DNA of 63,469 nucleotides, counting the filler, from Acidimicrobiia bacterium (GTDB taxonomy: Bacteria; Actinomycetota; Acidimicrobiia; Spongiisociales; SHLN01): the NCBI GenBank assembly GCA_041619515.1. It is 6 parts of 4 records of this genome, joined end to end, with 100 filler letters (N's around TTAATTAATTAA, not from the genome) between each part and the next. Parts side by side here need not be neighbours in the genome. Positions count along the whole stretch, not along the records: positions 1 to 15,128 come from JBFKDW010000001.1; positions 15,229 to 18,685 come from JBFKDW010000002.1; 4 more parts are not named here. The stretch is one strand, 5' to 3'. Shown one piece after another: positions 9,434 to 18,785 of the stretch. Made by a program: the position numbers and the translations under genes. The notes under the pieces are model-generated. The model ran no database searches and had not been told where the DNA came from. It worked only from the letters and a program-made list of their open reading frames with translations. Position 1 is the stretch's first letter. Every line of letters begins with the position of its first letter.

Positions 9434-11820
9434 TCGCCGCGCAGCTTGGCGTTGAGCTCAGCCTGGACGTCCTCGATGACCCGTAGACGAAGCTGCTGTG
9501 CCTCGTCGTCGGTCATCGTGTGATCGGCCGCCCGGATGACGATGGTGATGGCCAGGCTCTTTCGTGCACCGCCCAGGTGGTACTCATCGAACAGACGCAC
9601 CGACTCGAGGGTCGGGCCGAGCGTATCCTCCACCACTCTCAACAGTTCGGCTGCCGGCACGTCGTGCTCCATTTCGAAGGCCAGGTCGAACTTCTGCGGC
9701 GGATAGATACTGGGGGGTGCCAGTTCCCACCACGGGGGCTCGGCCAGCAACGGCTCGAGCTCCACTTCCAGCACGGCCACCCGGCCGGTGAGTCCAAACC
9801 GCCGCACGGCCGACGGATGCAGCTCGCCAACGATGCCGATCGGGATGCCCGCTTTGACCACATCAGCTGCCCGGCCGGGGTGCAGGCCGGGCGTCACAGC
9901 CTGGCGCAGCATCACATCGCGCCACCCGAGCCGAGTTGCCATTGCTTCGACAAGGGCCGTGAGGTCGAACACGTCGGTCTCCCGGCCGGCCTCGGTGATC
10001 CCGGTGAGGACCCGGCCGGCCAGCAAGGCCGCCAGATGCACGGGCTGGTGAGGGATCCGTTCGTCGATCGGCGAAGGCTGGTGGCGGAACACCCGGCCGA
10101 TCTCAAACAACGCAACATCGCCGTAGCCGTAGGAGAGGTTGCGCGAGGCCGCCTTGGCAAGCCCCGGCAGCAGCGTCGACCGCAGCGTTTCCTCGGCCTC
10201 GCTGAGCGGGTTCTTGACCTTGACGGTGGCGCGGCGCGGGTCGTCTTCTGGAAGGCCGAGGGCGTCGAGATCGGAGCCGGAGATGAACCCGAGCGTGTTC
10301 GATTCCATGAACCCTGCCCCGGTCAGCAATGAGCGAAGCAACCGGGCGCGGCGCTGAACCGGCTTCAAGCCACCGCCGGTTCCCAGCGGAAGCGTCTCAG
10401 GGATCTCGTCGTATCCGTACAGCCGGGCAACCTCTTCGACGAGGTCGACGGCCCGGGTGAGATCGGGGCGTGCGGTCGGGACCTCTACCGTCAACAAGGC
10501 ATCTCCGCCGCTCACCTCCATGCCGAGACGCCGCAGCATCCCGGCGGCAAGCTCCGGCTGGATCTCGATCCCCAGGATCCTCGCCAGCTCCGCTGTCGGA
10601 AACTCGACGGTCTCGGGCTCAACCGGGGCCGGATAGGCGTCGACTATGCCGCTTGCCGCCTCCCCCCCGGCGTTCTGCACCAGCAGCTGGGCGACTCGCG
10701 CCGCCGCCCGACCCGACAGGTTCGGATCGACTCCCCGCTCGAAACGGGCGGATGCCTCGCTGCGCAGATTGTGGCGCTTGGAGCTGTACAGGATGGCGGG
10801 CGGGTTCCAGTTGGCGGCCTCGACGAGCACGCGGGTGGTTGTATCCGACACCTCGGTGGGTCCGCCGCCCATGATGCCCGCCAGCGAGACGATCCCGTCG
10901 TCGTCGGAAATGACGATGTCTCCCGGGTCGAGGGTGCGTTGCACGTCGTCCAACGTCGTGAGGGTGTCACGGGGCCCGGCGCGATGAATGATGAGTCGCT
11001 GACCGGCCAGCCGGTCCAGGTCGAAGACGTGAGTGGGATGCCCGAGCTCCATCATCACGTAGTTGGTGGCATCCACGAGATTGCTGATCGGGCGAACGCC
11101 GGCTGCCCGCAGCCTGGCTTGCATCCACATCGGCGACGGGCCGCTCGTGACTCCTCTGACCTCCCGGGCGACAAAGCGCGGGCAGCCGACGGAATCCCTT
11201 ACTTCGATCCGCACGGTCGAAGCCGGATCCACTTCGGTGACGTCGATCACCGGTTCCCGGAGCTCGAGGTCGAGCTTGGCGGCGACATCGCGGGCGATTC
11301 CGAGCATCGACATCGCGTCCGGCCGGTTGGGGGTGATAGACAGATCGAACACCACATCGGGCAGCTCGAGATAGTCGGCGAGGTCGCGCCCCACGTCGTA
11401 CTGGCCGGCGAGCACCATGATGCCTTCGTGGTCGTCCCCGAAGCCGAGCTCGCGCTCAGAGCAAATCATTCCTTGCGACACCACCCCGCGGATCTCGCGA
11501 GCGGTGATCTTGAAATCACCCGGCAGCACTGCGCCGACGGAAGCCAGAACGACCAGGTCCCCTACCTCGAAGTTCCAGGCGCCGCACACCACCTCCTGGG
11601 TGCCGCTTCCACGATCGACGGTGACCAGCCGTATCTTGTCCGCGTTCGGATGAGGCCGGATCGACTCGACGCGGGCCACCTCGACTCCTGAGAACGGGGC
11701 CTCGAGGGTTTCGATTCCTTCGACTTCGTGGCCGAGGCCGGCCAGCAGGTCGCCGATCTCTCTGGGATCCGACATCGGCAGGTCCACGTAGTCGCGCAGC
11801 CAGCGCAATGAGACTCTCAT
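9430..11820 (-). CDS. pheT: Phenylalanine--tRNA ligase beta subunit
   Basis: Starts MRVSLRWLRDYV (ATG 11820 overlapping pheS stop); HPNADK, TPNRPD, RFERGVD, C-terminal FDX-ACB domain. Confidence 0.97.
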   Translation of the reverse strand: MRVSLRWLRDYVDLPMSDPREIGDLLAGLGHEVEGIETLEAPFSGVEVARVESIRPHPNADKIRLVTVDRGSGTQEVVCGAWNFEVGDLVVLASVGAVLPGDFKITAREIRGVVSQGMICSERELGFGDDHEGIMVLAGQYDVGRDLADYLELPDVVFDLSITPNRPDAMSMLGIARDVAAKLDLELREPVIDVTEVDPASTVRIEVRDSVGCPRFVAREVRGVTSGPSPMWMQARLRAAGVRPISNLVDATNYVMMELGHPTHVFDLDRLAGQRLIIHRAGPRDTLTTLDDVQRTLDPGDIVISDDDGIVSLAGIMGGGPTEVSDTTTRVLVEAANWNPPAILYSSKRHNLRSEASARFERGVDPNLSGRAAARVAQLLVQNAGGEAASGIVDAYPAPVEPETVEFPTAELARILGIEIQPELAAGMLRRLGMEVSGGDALLTVEVPTARPDLTRAVDLVEEVARLYGYDEIPETLPLGTGGGLKPVQRRARLLRSLLTGAGFMESNTLGFISGSDLDALGLPEDDPRRATVKVKNPLSEAEETLRSTLLPGLAKAASRNLSYGYGDVALFEIGRVFRHQPSPIDERIPHQPVHLAALLAGRVLTGITEAGRETDVFDLTALVEAMATRLGWRDVMLRQAVTPGLHPGRAADVVKAGIPIGIVGELHPSAVRRFGLTGRVAVLEVELEPLLAEPPWWELAPPSIYPPQKFDLAFEMEHDVPAAELLRVVEDTLGPTLESVRLFDEYHLGGARKSLAITIVIRAADHTMTDDEAQQLRLRVIEDVQAELNAKLRGE

Positions 11821-12848
11821 ACGAACTGCTCGTTCACCCGGATGTCGTTCTCGAAGAAGTGCCGGATGTCTTCGATGCCGTGGCGCGCCTGTGCCATCCG
11901 TTCGATGCCGCCACCGAAAGCAAAGCCGGTGACCGCCTTCGGGTCGTACCCGACTGCGTCGAACACGTTGGGATCGACCATGCCGCAGCCGAGCACCTCG
12001 AGCCAGCCGCTGTTGCTGCACACCCGGCATCCCGACCCATCGCATGCGAAACACGAGACGTGCATCTCCGCCGAGGGCTCGGTGAACGGGAAGAAGTGCG
12101 GGATCAATTTGATGACCCGCTCGGACCCGAAATACTCGCGTGCGAAGTACGCAAGAGTGCCTTTGAGGTCGGTGAATGTGATCCCTTCTGCGACCGCCAA
12201 TCCCTCGAATTGATGGAACACCGGCGAGTGGGTGGCGTCGAAGGTATCCGTGCGGTAGCACCGGCCCGGTGCGATGATGTGGATGGGAGGGGGCTCGGTC
12301 TCCATCGTGCGGACTTGCACCGTCGACGTGTGGGTCCGCAGCAGGATTTCGTCGGCTGGATCTCCGTAGTCGAGATACATCGTGTCACTCTCGAGCCGGG
12401 TCGGGTGCCACCAGGGGGTGTTGAGGGCGTCGAAGTTGTGCCAGGCGGTCTCGGCTTCGGGCCCGTCGGCGATCTGGTAGCCGATGGCGGCGAAGATGTC
12501 CGCGATCTGGTCGATGGTTTGGGTGATGAGGTGGTTCGTCCCCATCGCGATTCGTCTGCGGGCGGCGGTGACGTCGACCCGGTCCTCCTCCAGCAACCGC
12601 TCCTCCGCCTGCTCCTCCAGGACGAGGCGGCGGGCGGCGACCAGCTCCTGCAGCTGCCGGGCGGCGTCGTTGAGTCGAGCTCCCGCGGCGGGGCGGTCCG
12701 CCGCGTCGAGCTTGCCGAGCGTTCGGCGCTGCTCGGTGATGAAGGAGCGCCTTCCCAGCAGCTTCGCCTCTACAGCGTCGAGCTTCTCGAGGCTGCCGGC
12801 ACCCTCGATTTCCCCGGGTGCCGCATCGAGTATTGCGTCGAGGTCCAA
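11817..12848 (-). CDS. pheS: Phenylalanine--tRNA ligase alpha subunit
   Basis: NFDALN, LLRTHTS, DATHSPVFHQ, FPFTEPS, GFAFGGGIER. Confidence 0.97.
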   Translation of the reverse strand: MDLDAILDAAPGEIEGAGSLEKLDAVEAKLLGRRSFITEQRRTLGKLDAADRPAAGARLNDAARQLQELVAARRLVLEEQAEERLLEEDRVDVTAARRRIAMGTNHLITQTIDQIADIFAAIGYQIADGPEAETAWHNFDALNTPWWHPTRLESDTMYLDYGDPADEILLRTHTSTVQVRTMETEPPPIHIIAPGRCYRTDTFDATHSPVFHQFEGLAVAEGITFTDLKGTLAYFAREYFGSERVIKLIPHFFPFTEPSAEMHVSCFACDGSGCRVCSNSGWLEVLGCGMVDPNVFDAVGYDPKAVTGFAFGGGIERMAQARHGIEDIRHFFENDIRVNEQFV

Positions 12849-12852
12849 CGGT

Positions 12853-13209
12853 CTACGGCTTCGCTTGGTTCGCCACCTCGACGAGGGCGGTAAAGGCAGC
12901 CGGCTCGTTCACGGCCAGTTCCGCCAGCATCTTGCGATCGATGTCCACCTCTGCCGATTTGAGCCCGGCGACCAGTTTGGAATAGGTCGTGCCGTTCTGG
13001 CGGGCGGCGGCGTTGATGCGCGTGATCCACAGCCGGCGGAAATCGCCCTTCTTGGCGCGCCGGTGAGCAAAGGCATCATCTCTCGCTCCCAACACTTGCT
13101 CGTGGGCGGTTCGAAAGCGCCGGCTGCGGGCGCCGGTGTAGCCGCGAGCCTGTTTCAGGACTTTGCGGCGCTTTGCCTTCGAAGGAACTGCATGCTTTGC
13201 ACGTGCCAT
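12853..13209 (-). CDS. rplT: 50S ribosomal protein L20
   Basis: [24 protein letters not shown]. Confidence 0.98.
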   Translation of the reverse strand: MARAKHAVPSKAKRRKVLKQARGYTGARSRRFRTAHEQVLGARDDAFAHRRAKKGDFRRLWITRINAAARQNGTTYSKLVAGLKSAEVDIDRKMLAELAVNEPAAFTALVEVANQAKP

Positions 13210-13212
13210 CGT

Positions 13213-13407
13213 CTACCTCCCGAGCATCCGCTTGACTTCTTTGATGTCGGCCTTGGCTACCTCGGTCTCCCCCGTGAGCCGCCGCTTGCGCCTGCTCGAC
13301 TTCGCCGCCTTCAGGTGATTCATGCCCTGCTGGCGGCGCCGGAGCTTGCCGGTGCCGGTCACTTTGAACCTGGCCTTAGCGCCCTTGTGCGTCTTCTGTT
13401 TTGGCAT
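13213..13407 (-). CDS. rpmI: 50S ribosomal protein L35
   Basis: MPKQKTHKGAKARFKVTGTGK. Confidence 0.98.
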   Translation of the reverse strand: MPKQKTHKGAKARFKVTGTGKLRRRQQGMNHLKAAKSSRRKRRLTGETEVAKADIKEVKRMLGR

Positions 13408-14098
13408 CGTCTTCCTCCGTTGCCACCACAGCTTGTGCGGTGGCGGTTTCTCGTTCGTCGGCGGCCGGCTCCGGGCCGTCGGCCTCGGGCGGGGCTTGTG
13501 GTGGTTGCTGGCTTTCTTGCGCTGCTGCCTCCGCTTCGAGGGCCTGTTCGGCCTCCTCGGCGGCGGCCTGGGCTCTCGCCTTGAGCCCGGCCTTGTCGGG
13601 CACCAGCATCATCGTCATGTTGCGGCCATCGAGCCGGGCGGGGGCCTCTACCAGCGCAATCCCCTCCAGGTCGGCAACCATCCGGTCGAGCAATGCCCGG
13701 CCCCGCTCAGGATGGGTGATCTCCCGTCCGAAGAACATGACCACGGCCTTGATCTTGTGGCCTTCGGTCAGGAACTCCGCCGCCCGGCGGACCTTGGTGT
13801 CGAAGTCGTGACGGTCGATCTTGGTCTTGAACTTCACTTCTTTGATGACGGTGCGAGTTGATTTCTTGCGCCCCTCGCGTGCCTTGACCGACTGCTCGTA
13901 CTTGTACTTGCCGTAATCCATGAGGCGGCAAACAGGCGGATCGGACCCGGGGGCCACCTCGACGAGGTCCATGCCGAGCTGGTCTGCCAGCCACAGCGCC
14001 TCCTCGATGTCTTTCAGCCCTATCTGTGCGCCGTCGGGCGCCACTACCCGCACCGTCTTGGCACGGATCCGATCATTCACTCGTGGTTCGGTGGCGAT
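13376..14098 (-). CDS. infC: Translation initiation factor IF-3 (non-canonical ATC start)
   Basis: NDRIRA, DLVEVAP, PPVCRLMDYGKYKYE; SD GAGGAGG 5 nt before in-frame ATC at 14098; acidic C-terminal tail. Confidence 0.95.
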   Translation of the reverse strand: MATEPRVNDRIRAKTVRVVAPDGAQIGLKDIEEALWLADQLGMDLVEVAPGSDPPVCRLMDYGKYKYEQSVKAREGRKKSTRTVIKEVKFKTKIDRHDFDTKVRRAAEFLTEGHKIKAVVMFFGREITHPERGRALLDRMVADLEGIALVEAPARLDGRNMTMMLVPDKAGLKARAQAAAEEAEQALEAEAAAQESQQPPQAPPEADGPEPAADERETATAQAVVATEEDDAKTEDAQGR

Positions 14099-14121
14099 AT
14101 GGACCTCCTCGTGTTGGAAAC

Positions 14122-14217
14122 AAAAAACAGCAGGCGGCAGCCTGCTGGTTCATCTGACCGCGGCGTGCCGGTAGCAGCCGGGTGGGAAGCAGGCGCCTCC
14201 GCTTGACTCAATTGTGA
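14122..14217 (-). ncRNA. L20 ribosomal leader with attenuator
   Basis: AAGCGGAGGCGCCTGCTTCCCACC resembles the L20-leader consensus; terminator CAGCAGGC-TGCC-GCCTGCTG-TTTTTT (14122-14147); -10 TACACT at 14224-14229. Confidence 0.7.
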
Positions 14218-14260
14218 GCCTGGAGTGTAGACCGGTCGGGCTTCTCTGCGCGACGATTCT

Positions 14261-14749
14261 TCACGGACCGGCGCCACCAACCCCGCCGGTGCGCAGCGCC
14301 TGCAACAAGCGAGCAGTCCGCACCGCGGCCTCGGCAGCCTCGGTTCCCTTGTTCCCAGGGCCCGGAAGGCTTCGGTGGCGAGCATGCTCTACGTCACGCA
14401 CGGTCAGGACTCCGAAGGCAACCGGCACGCCGCTCGCCAGCATGACGTCCTGCAGCCCGCGTGCGGTCTCGCGCGCTATGTGCTCGTAGTGGTCGGTCTG
14501 CCCAAGCACCACCGCTCCGATCGCCACGACGGCATCACAGCCCGCCTCGATGAGGGAGCGGGCAACCAGGGGCAGCTCGAACGATCCAGACACCCGGACG
14601 ACAGTCACCTCGGCGTCGTCGAGGACCGAGAGCGCGCCGGCCAGCAAGCCATTGGTGATTTCGGCATTGAAGGTGGAGGCTGCCACGCCGATCTTGAGCC
14701 CGGCCGCGTCGAATTCGCCCAGCAGCTCAGCATCCGGAGTGCCGCTCAC
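14261..14749 (-). CDS. ribH: 6,7-dimethyl-8-ribityllumazine synthase
   Basis: FNAEITNGLL, VSGSFELP, GQTDHYEHI, PVAFGVLT, NKGTEAA. Confidence 0.95.
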   Translation of the reverse strand: MSGTPDAELLGEFDAAGLKIGVAASTFNAEITNGLLAGALSVLDDAEVTVVRVSGSFELPLVARSLIEAGCDAVVAIGAVVLGQTDHYEHIARETARGLQDVMLASGVPVAFGVLTVRDVEHARHRSLPGPGNKGTEAAEAAVRTARLLQALRTGGVGGAGP

Positions 14750-15128
14750 AGAAGGTGCCCGAGCTTGGCAGCCTTCGCCCGCAGGTAGCTGTGATTCGCG
14801 TCGCCGGGTGGAACCATCAGCGGAATGCGGTCCACCACTTTGATGCCGGCCGCGTCCATGGCCTCGACCTTGCTGGGGTTGTTGGTGAGCAGCTTGACCG
14901 CGGAGACTCCGAGATCCCGCAGGATCTGGGCGGCCGAGCCGTAATCGCGCCCATCGGCCGGCAGCCCGAGGTCGAGGTTGGCCTCGACGGTGTCCCGCCC
15001 CTGATCCTGCAGCGCGTAGGCCTCGAGCTTGCCGAGCAAGCCGATCCCCCGCCCCTCATGCCCACCGAGATATACAACGATGCCGGTACCGGCGGCCACG
15101 ATCTCGTCGATTGCCATCTCCAGCTGAT
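14746..15128 (-). CDS. ribA: GTP cyclohydrolase II domain (RibA/RibBA), 5'-truncated by contig end
   Basis: HEGRGIGLLGKLEAYALQDQGRDTVEAN, LLTNNPSK, YLRAK. Confidence 0.92.
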
Positions 15129-15228
15129 NNNNNNNNNNNNNNNNNNNNNNNNNNNNNNNNNNNNNNNNNNNNTTAATTAATTAANNNNNNNNNNNNNNNN
15201 NNNNNNNNNNNNNNNNNNNNNNNNNNNN
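15129..15228. other. Artificial contig linker
   Basis: 44 N + TTAATTAATTAA (six-frame stop) + 44 N. Confidence 0.97.
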
Positions 15229-15543
15229 TTGAAGGGTGGGGACGGCACCGAGCCGATCTCGCCCAGAGCCCAGGACGACCGAGGCCGATACCCCCCAATT
15301 GGCGAGATGCCGGGCCGCCACCATCCCTCCCCCACCGTTGCCCCCCGGGCCTGCCAGCACCATCACCCGGCCGGGGTCGAACCGGTCCCGGGCGAGCGAG
15401 GCCAGGCTGCGGCCTGCGTTCTCCATCATCTGCACCAGCTCGATACCCAGCTCTTCGATCATGATCCGATCGACTTCCCGCATCTGCGCCATCGAGAGGG
15501 CGGGCAATGCCCCGGCGCTGACAGAGCTTTGGGTTTCGGCCAC
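15229..15543 (-). CDS. nnrE: NAD(P)H-hydrate epimerase (YjeF_N), 3'-truncated
   Basis: QMREVDR, MMENAG, LAGPGGNGGGGMVAARHL. Confidence 0.88.
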
Positions 15544-15594
15544 ACCGGGAACCTACCCGTCGTTGAGTGCCCGTGCACCGGCTAGTTTGGTGGG

Positions 15595-16830
15595 ATGTCG
15601 AGTCGACCCAAGCTCATGGCCATGGTTCTGGCGGGCGGGGCGGGCAAGCGCCTTCACCCATTGACCCGTGACCGGGCCAAGCCGGCCGTGCCGTTCGGGG
15701 GCCGCTACCGGCTCATCGACTTCGCATTGTCGAATCTGGTGAACGCCCGCATCGTGCGAATCATCGTGCTCACCCAATACAAGAGCCACAGCCTCGACCG
15801 CCACCTGGCCACCACCTGGCGGCTCTCACCCATCCTCGGTCATTACGTTGCGGCCGTTCCGGCCCAGATGCGGCGCGGGCCGCGCTGGTTTGCCGGCTCC
15901 GCCGATGCCATCTTCCAGAACCTCAACATTCTCGTGGACGAGGATCCCGATCAGGTGTTCGTCTTCGGAGCCGACCATATCTATCGCATGAACCCCCGCC
16001 ACATGCTGGGTGAGCACCTCAGCACCGGAGCCGGCGTGACGGTGGCGGCCACCCGGGTCCCGATCGAGCTGGCGAGTGAGTTCGGTGTCATCAAGGCGGA
16101 CGACACCGGCAAGATCGTCGACTTTCTCGAGAAACCGGCCAATCCTCCCGCCATGCCCGGCGACCCGACCATGGCCTATGTCTCGATGGGCAACTACATC
16201 TTCGACCGGGACGTCATGGTCGACGCGGTGAACACCGACGCTGCCGATGAGAGCTCGAAACACGACATCGGGGGCAACATCATCCCGGGGCTGGTGAAGG
16301 ATGGGCTGGCCCGGGTTCACGATTTCGCCTCCTACGACGTGCCCGGTATCCACGCCCGCGAGCTTGGCTACTGGCGGGATGTGGGAACACTCGACAGCTA
16401 CTACGACGCCACCATGGATCTGCTGGCAGTCGAGCCGACCTTCAGTCTCTACAACCAGGAATGGCCGATCTATACCGCCAATACGCCCCTGCCGCCTGCC
16501 AAGACCGTGCACGAGGAGCCGGGCCGCACCGGAGCCGCCTTCAATTCGCTGGTCAGCGACGGCGTCATCATCTCGGGGGCCACGGTCCGCCGATCGGTGC
16601 TCTCGCCGCTGGTGCGAGTCAACTCATACGCCCAGGTCGAAGACTCGGTGCTGCTCGACGGCGTCCGGGTCGGCCGCGGGGCCGTGGTCCGGCGGGCCAT
16701 CATCGACAAGGGCGTGCACGTGCCCGAGGGCGCACAGATCGGCGTGAACCCCGAGTTCGACCGCGAGCGCTACACGATCTCTGACAACGGCATCGTGGTC
16801 ATCGGCAAACGAGACAAAGTCGAGCTGTAA
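15595..16830 (+). CDS. glgC: Glucose-1-phosphate adenylyltransferase
   Basis: [42 protein letters not shown]. Confidence 0.97.
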   Translation: MSSRPKLMAMVLAGGAGKRLHPLTRDRAKPAVPFGGRYRLIDFALSNLVNARIVRIIVLTQYKSHSLDRHLATTWRLSPILGHYVAAVPAQMRRGPRWFAGSADAIFQNLNILVDEDPDQVFVFGADHIYRMNPRHMLGEHLSTGAGVTVAATRVPIELASEFGVIKADDTGKIVDFLEKPANPPAMPGDPTMAYVSMGNYIFDRDVMVDAVNTDAADESSKHDIGGNIIPGLVKDGLARVHDFASYDVPGIHARELGYWRDVGTLDSYYDATMDLLAVEPTFSLYNQEWPIYTANTPLPPAKTVHEEPGRTGAAFNSLVSDGVIISGATVRRSVLSPLVRVNSYAQVEDSVLLDGVRVGRGAVVRRAIIDKGVHVPEGAQIGVNPEFDRERYTISDNGIVVIGKRDKVEL

Positions 16831-16849
16831 CGCTCGACGATGCCCGCGG

Positions 16850-17653
16850 CTAGGTTCCGGCCGGGCGCTCCAGCCGCACGAGCCGATGGTCGCTGGTGAA
16901 CAATCGGGAGGCGGATCCAAAACCCACGACGGCGGTCGTGGTGGCGACCGCTCCGAGAATGAGGAACATGATGGCCGCCTGCACCCTGACGGCATCGACG
17001 GGATCCACGCCGGCCAGAATCAAGCCGGTCATCGCACCGGGCAGGAACACGAGGCCGACCGCCTTGGTGGTCTCGACCTGGGGTGTCACGGCCGTGCGGA
17101 TGGCCGAGCGCACGTAGGGCAAGGCCGCTTTGCGGGAGGACTGGCCGAGCGCCAGCCGCGCTTCGACCTCGTCGCGCTTGTCGCGCAACTCCTCGACGAC
17201 GCGACGAGCGACCACAACCGTGGCATTCATGGAGTTGCCGACCATCATTCCCGCCAGTGGAACCAGTGCCCGCGCCTGGAGCGGGAAGATTCCCAGGCCG
17301 AAGATGACACCGAGGGTCATGGTGCCGGCGGCCGTGAATGCGGCCAGGCCGACCGGGAAGAGCCCCGGCACCTCGGCGGCCCGGCGGGATAGAACCACCG
17401 CGGCGAACAACACCATCACTGCCACCCACCCCCACGACAGGGCGAGGGAGCGGTCCGGGTCGAGGATGAACGCGAGCACAGCGCCCACACCGAGCAGCTG
17501 GACGAGGGCCCGCACCACCGCCACACCGATGCTCCTCTCGATCCCGAGGCGGTTCCAGCGGGAGAGGACGAGGGCCACCCCCACCATGATGAGCGAGGCT
17601 GCGAGGCCGACGAGGTCGACATCGCCGGAGAGAAAACCGGTTTCAGTCTGCAT
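16850..17653 (-). CDS. FetB/YbbM-like (UPF0014) ABC permease
   Basis: RALVQL, GMMVGNSM, VEARLALG, GLVFLPGAMTGLILAG; ATG 17653 overlaps upstream ATPase. Confidence 0.88.
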   Translation of the reverse strand: MQTETGFLSGDVDLVGLAASLIMVGVALVLSRWNRLGIERSIGVAVVRALVQLLGVGAVLAFILDPDRSLALSWGWVAVMVLFAAVVLSRRAAEVPGLFPVGLAAFTAAGTMTLGVIFGLGIFPLQARALVPLAGMMVGNSMNATVVVARRVVEELRDKRDEVEARLALGQSSRKAALPYVRSAIRTAVTPQVETTKAVGLVFLPGAMTGLILAGVDPVDAVRVQAAIMFLILGAVATTTAVVGFGSASRLFTSDHRLVRLERPAGT

Positions 17654-18350
17654 CGGCGTTCCGAACGAAGTCCATGAGGTCCCGGTCCCCGGCGGTCGGC
17701 AGGCCGTCCCCCACGAAGCGGAGGGCGCCGTCGAGGAGAATCGCCACCCGATCGCCAATACGCTCCGTTTGTGCCAAGTCATGGGTTACCCACACGATCG
17801 GCGTGCCCCGATCGGCCAGGCTGCGGCCGAGATGCTCGAGTCGCGAGACGGCTGCTCCATCGAGCGAGGAGGTCGGCTCATCCATGAGCACGACGTCGGG
17901 GCCGGCGAGCAAGGCTCGAGCGAGGCACACCCGCTGCGCTTCCCCTCCCGACAGCTCCGCCGCCGGCCGTTCCAGGAATGAGCCGTCGAGGGCCGCTCGC
18001 TCGAGGGCATCGTGGAATCGGTCCTCACCGGCGGCGCCATCGGCTTCGGCGAGGTTGTCTCGCACGGTCCCGGCGAACAGCACGGGGCGTTGAAACACCA
18101 TCCCCACCTGGCGTCGAAGCTCGAGCGGGTTGATGCCGGAGAGGTCCCGGCCGCGGTACGAGACCTTCCCGCTCGTGGGAACGTCGAGCCGGTTGCACAG
18201 CCTGAGCAGCGTGCTCTTGCCCGAACCGCTGGGGCCGACGAGCGTCGTGACTCCGGTATCGGGGATCTCGAGGGTGACATCGGCGAGCCGGGTCCCGTTC
18301 GATCCCGTCACGGTCACAGATTCCAAGCTGAACAAGGACGAACCGGCCAT
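17643..18350 (-). CDS. FetA-like ABC ATP-binding protein
   Basis: GPSGSGKS, LSGGEAQR, LMDEPT, WVTH. Confidence 0.9.
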   Translation of the reverse strand: MAGSSLFSLESVTVTGSNGTRLADVTLEIPDTGVTTLVGPSGSGKSTLLRLCNRLDVPTSGKVSYRGRDLSGINPLELRRQVGMVFQRPVLFAGTVRDNLAEADGAAGEDRFHDALERAALDGSFLERPAAELSGGEAQRVCLARALLAGPDVVLMDEPTSSLDGAAVSRLEHLGRSLADRGTPIVWVTHDLAQTERIGDRVAILLDGALRFVGDGLPTAGDRDLMDFVRNADAD

Positions 18351-18460
18351 GGTGGCAAGGGTAGGTGTCCGCGAGAGGGTCGACGACCGGCCCGGTAACC
18401 AGGGTCAGATGCGCCGCCCCCAACCCCGCCATCGCACGCCACTGATACCACACTCCGTGG

Positions 18461-18488
18461 TTGACACCACCACCGAAAGTAATACTGT
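18461..18488 (+). promoter_or_regulatory. Housekeeping-sigma promoter
   Basis: TTGACA-N16-TACTGT upstream of the 18522 ORF. Confidence 0.6.
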
Positions 18489-18521
18489 GATGCCAGGCTG
18501 CAACACACGGAAGGCGTGCTC

Positions 18522-18685
18522 ATGGGAACCAACGCGAAGCAACGGCGTCGACTGATCCCGGCAATGTCATTGACGCTGCTGATCGGATTGATCGCATTTC
18601 CACCCGCGGTCGACGCCCTGGTGGCCGAGCCAGAGTTCAGCAAAGCCTTCGTCCCGGACACGATCGCGGTGGGCGGCACCAGCAC
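18522..18685 (+). CDS. Secreted/surface protein N-terminus (Ig-like repeat start), 3'-truncated
   Basis: Signal peptide followed by FSKAFVPDTIAVGGTS, typical of the start of Ig-like surface-protein repeats. Confidence 0.6.
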
Positions 18686-18785
18686 NNNNNNNNNNNNNNN
18701 NNNNNNNNNNNNNNNNNNNNNNNNNNNNNTTAATTAATTAANNNNNNNNNNNNNNNNNNNNNNNNNNNNNNNNNNNNNNNNNNNN
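18686..18785. other. Artificial contig linker
   Basis: N-run with TTAATTAATTAA. Confidence 0.97.

Noticed and set aside
11821..12261. Apparent N-terminal extension of PheT (also MalG, ThiP, PlsC and DUF3052 extensions in the ORF track)
   Set aside because: Extensions overlap upstream genes; family-typical starts with stop/start overlaps lie downstream.
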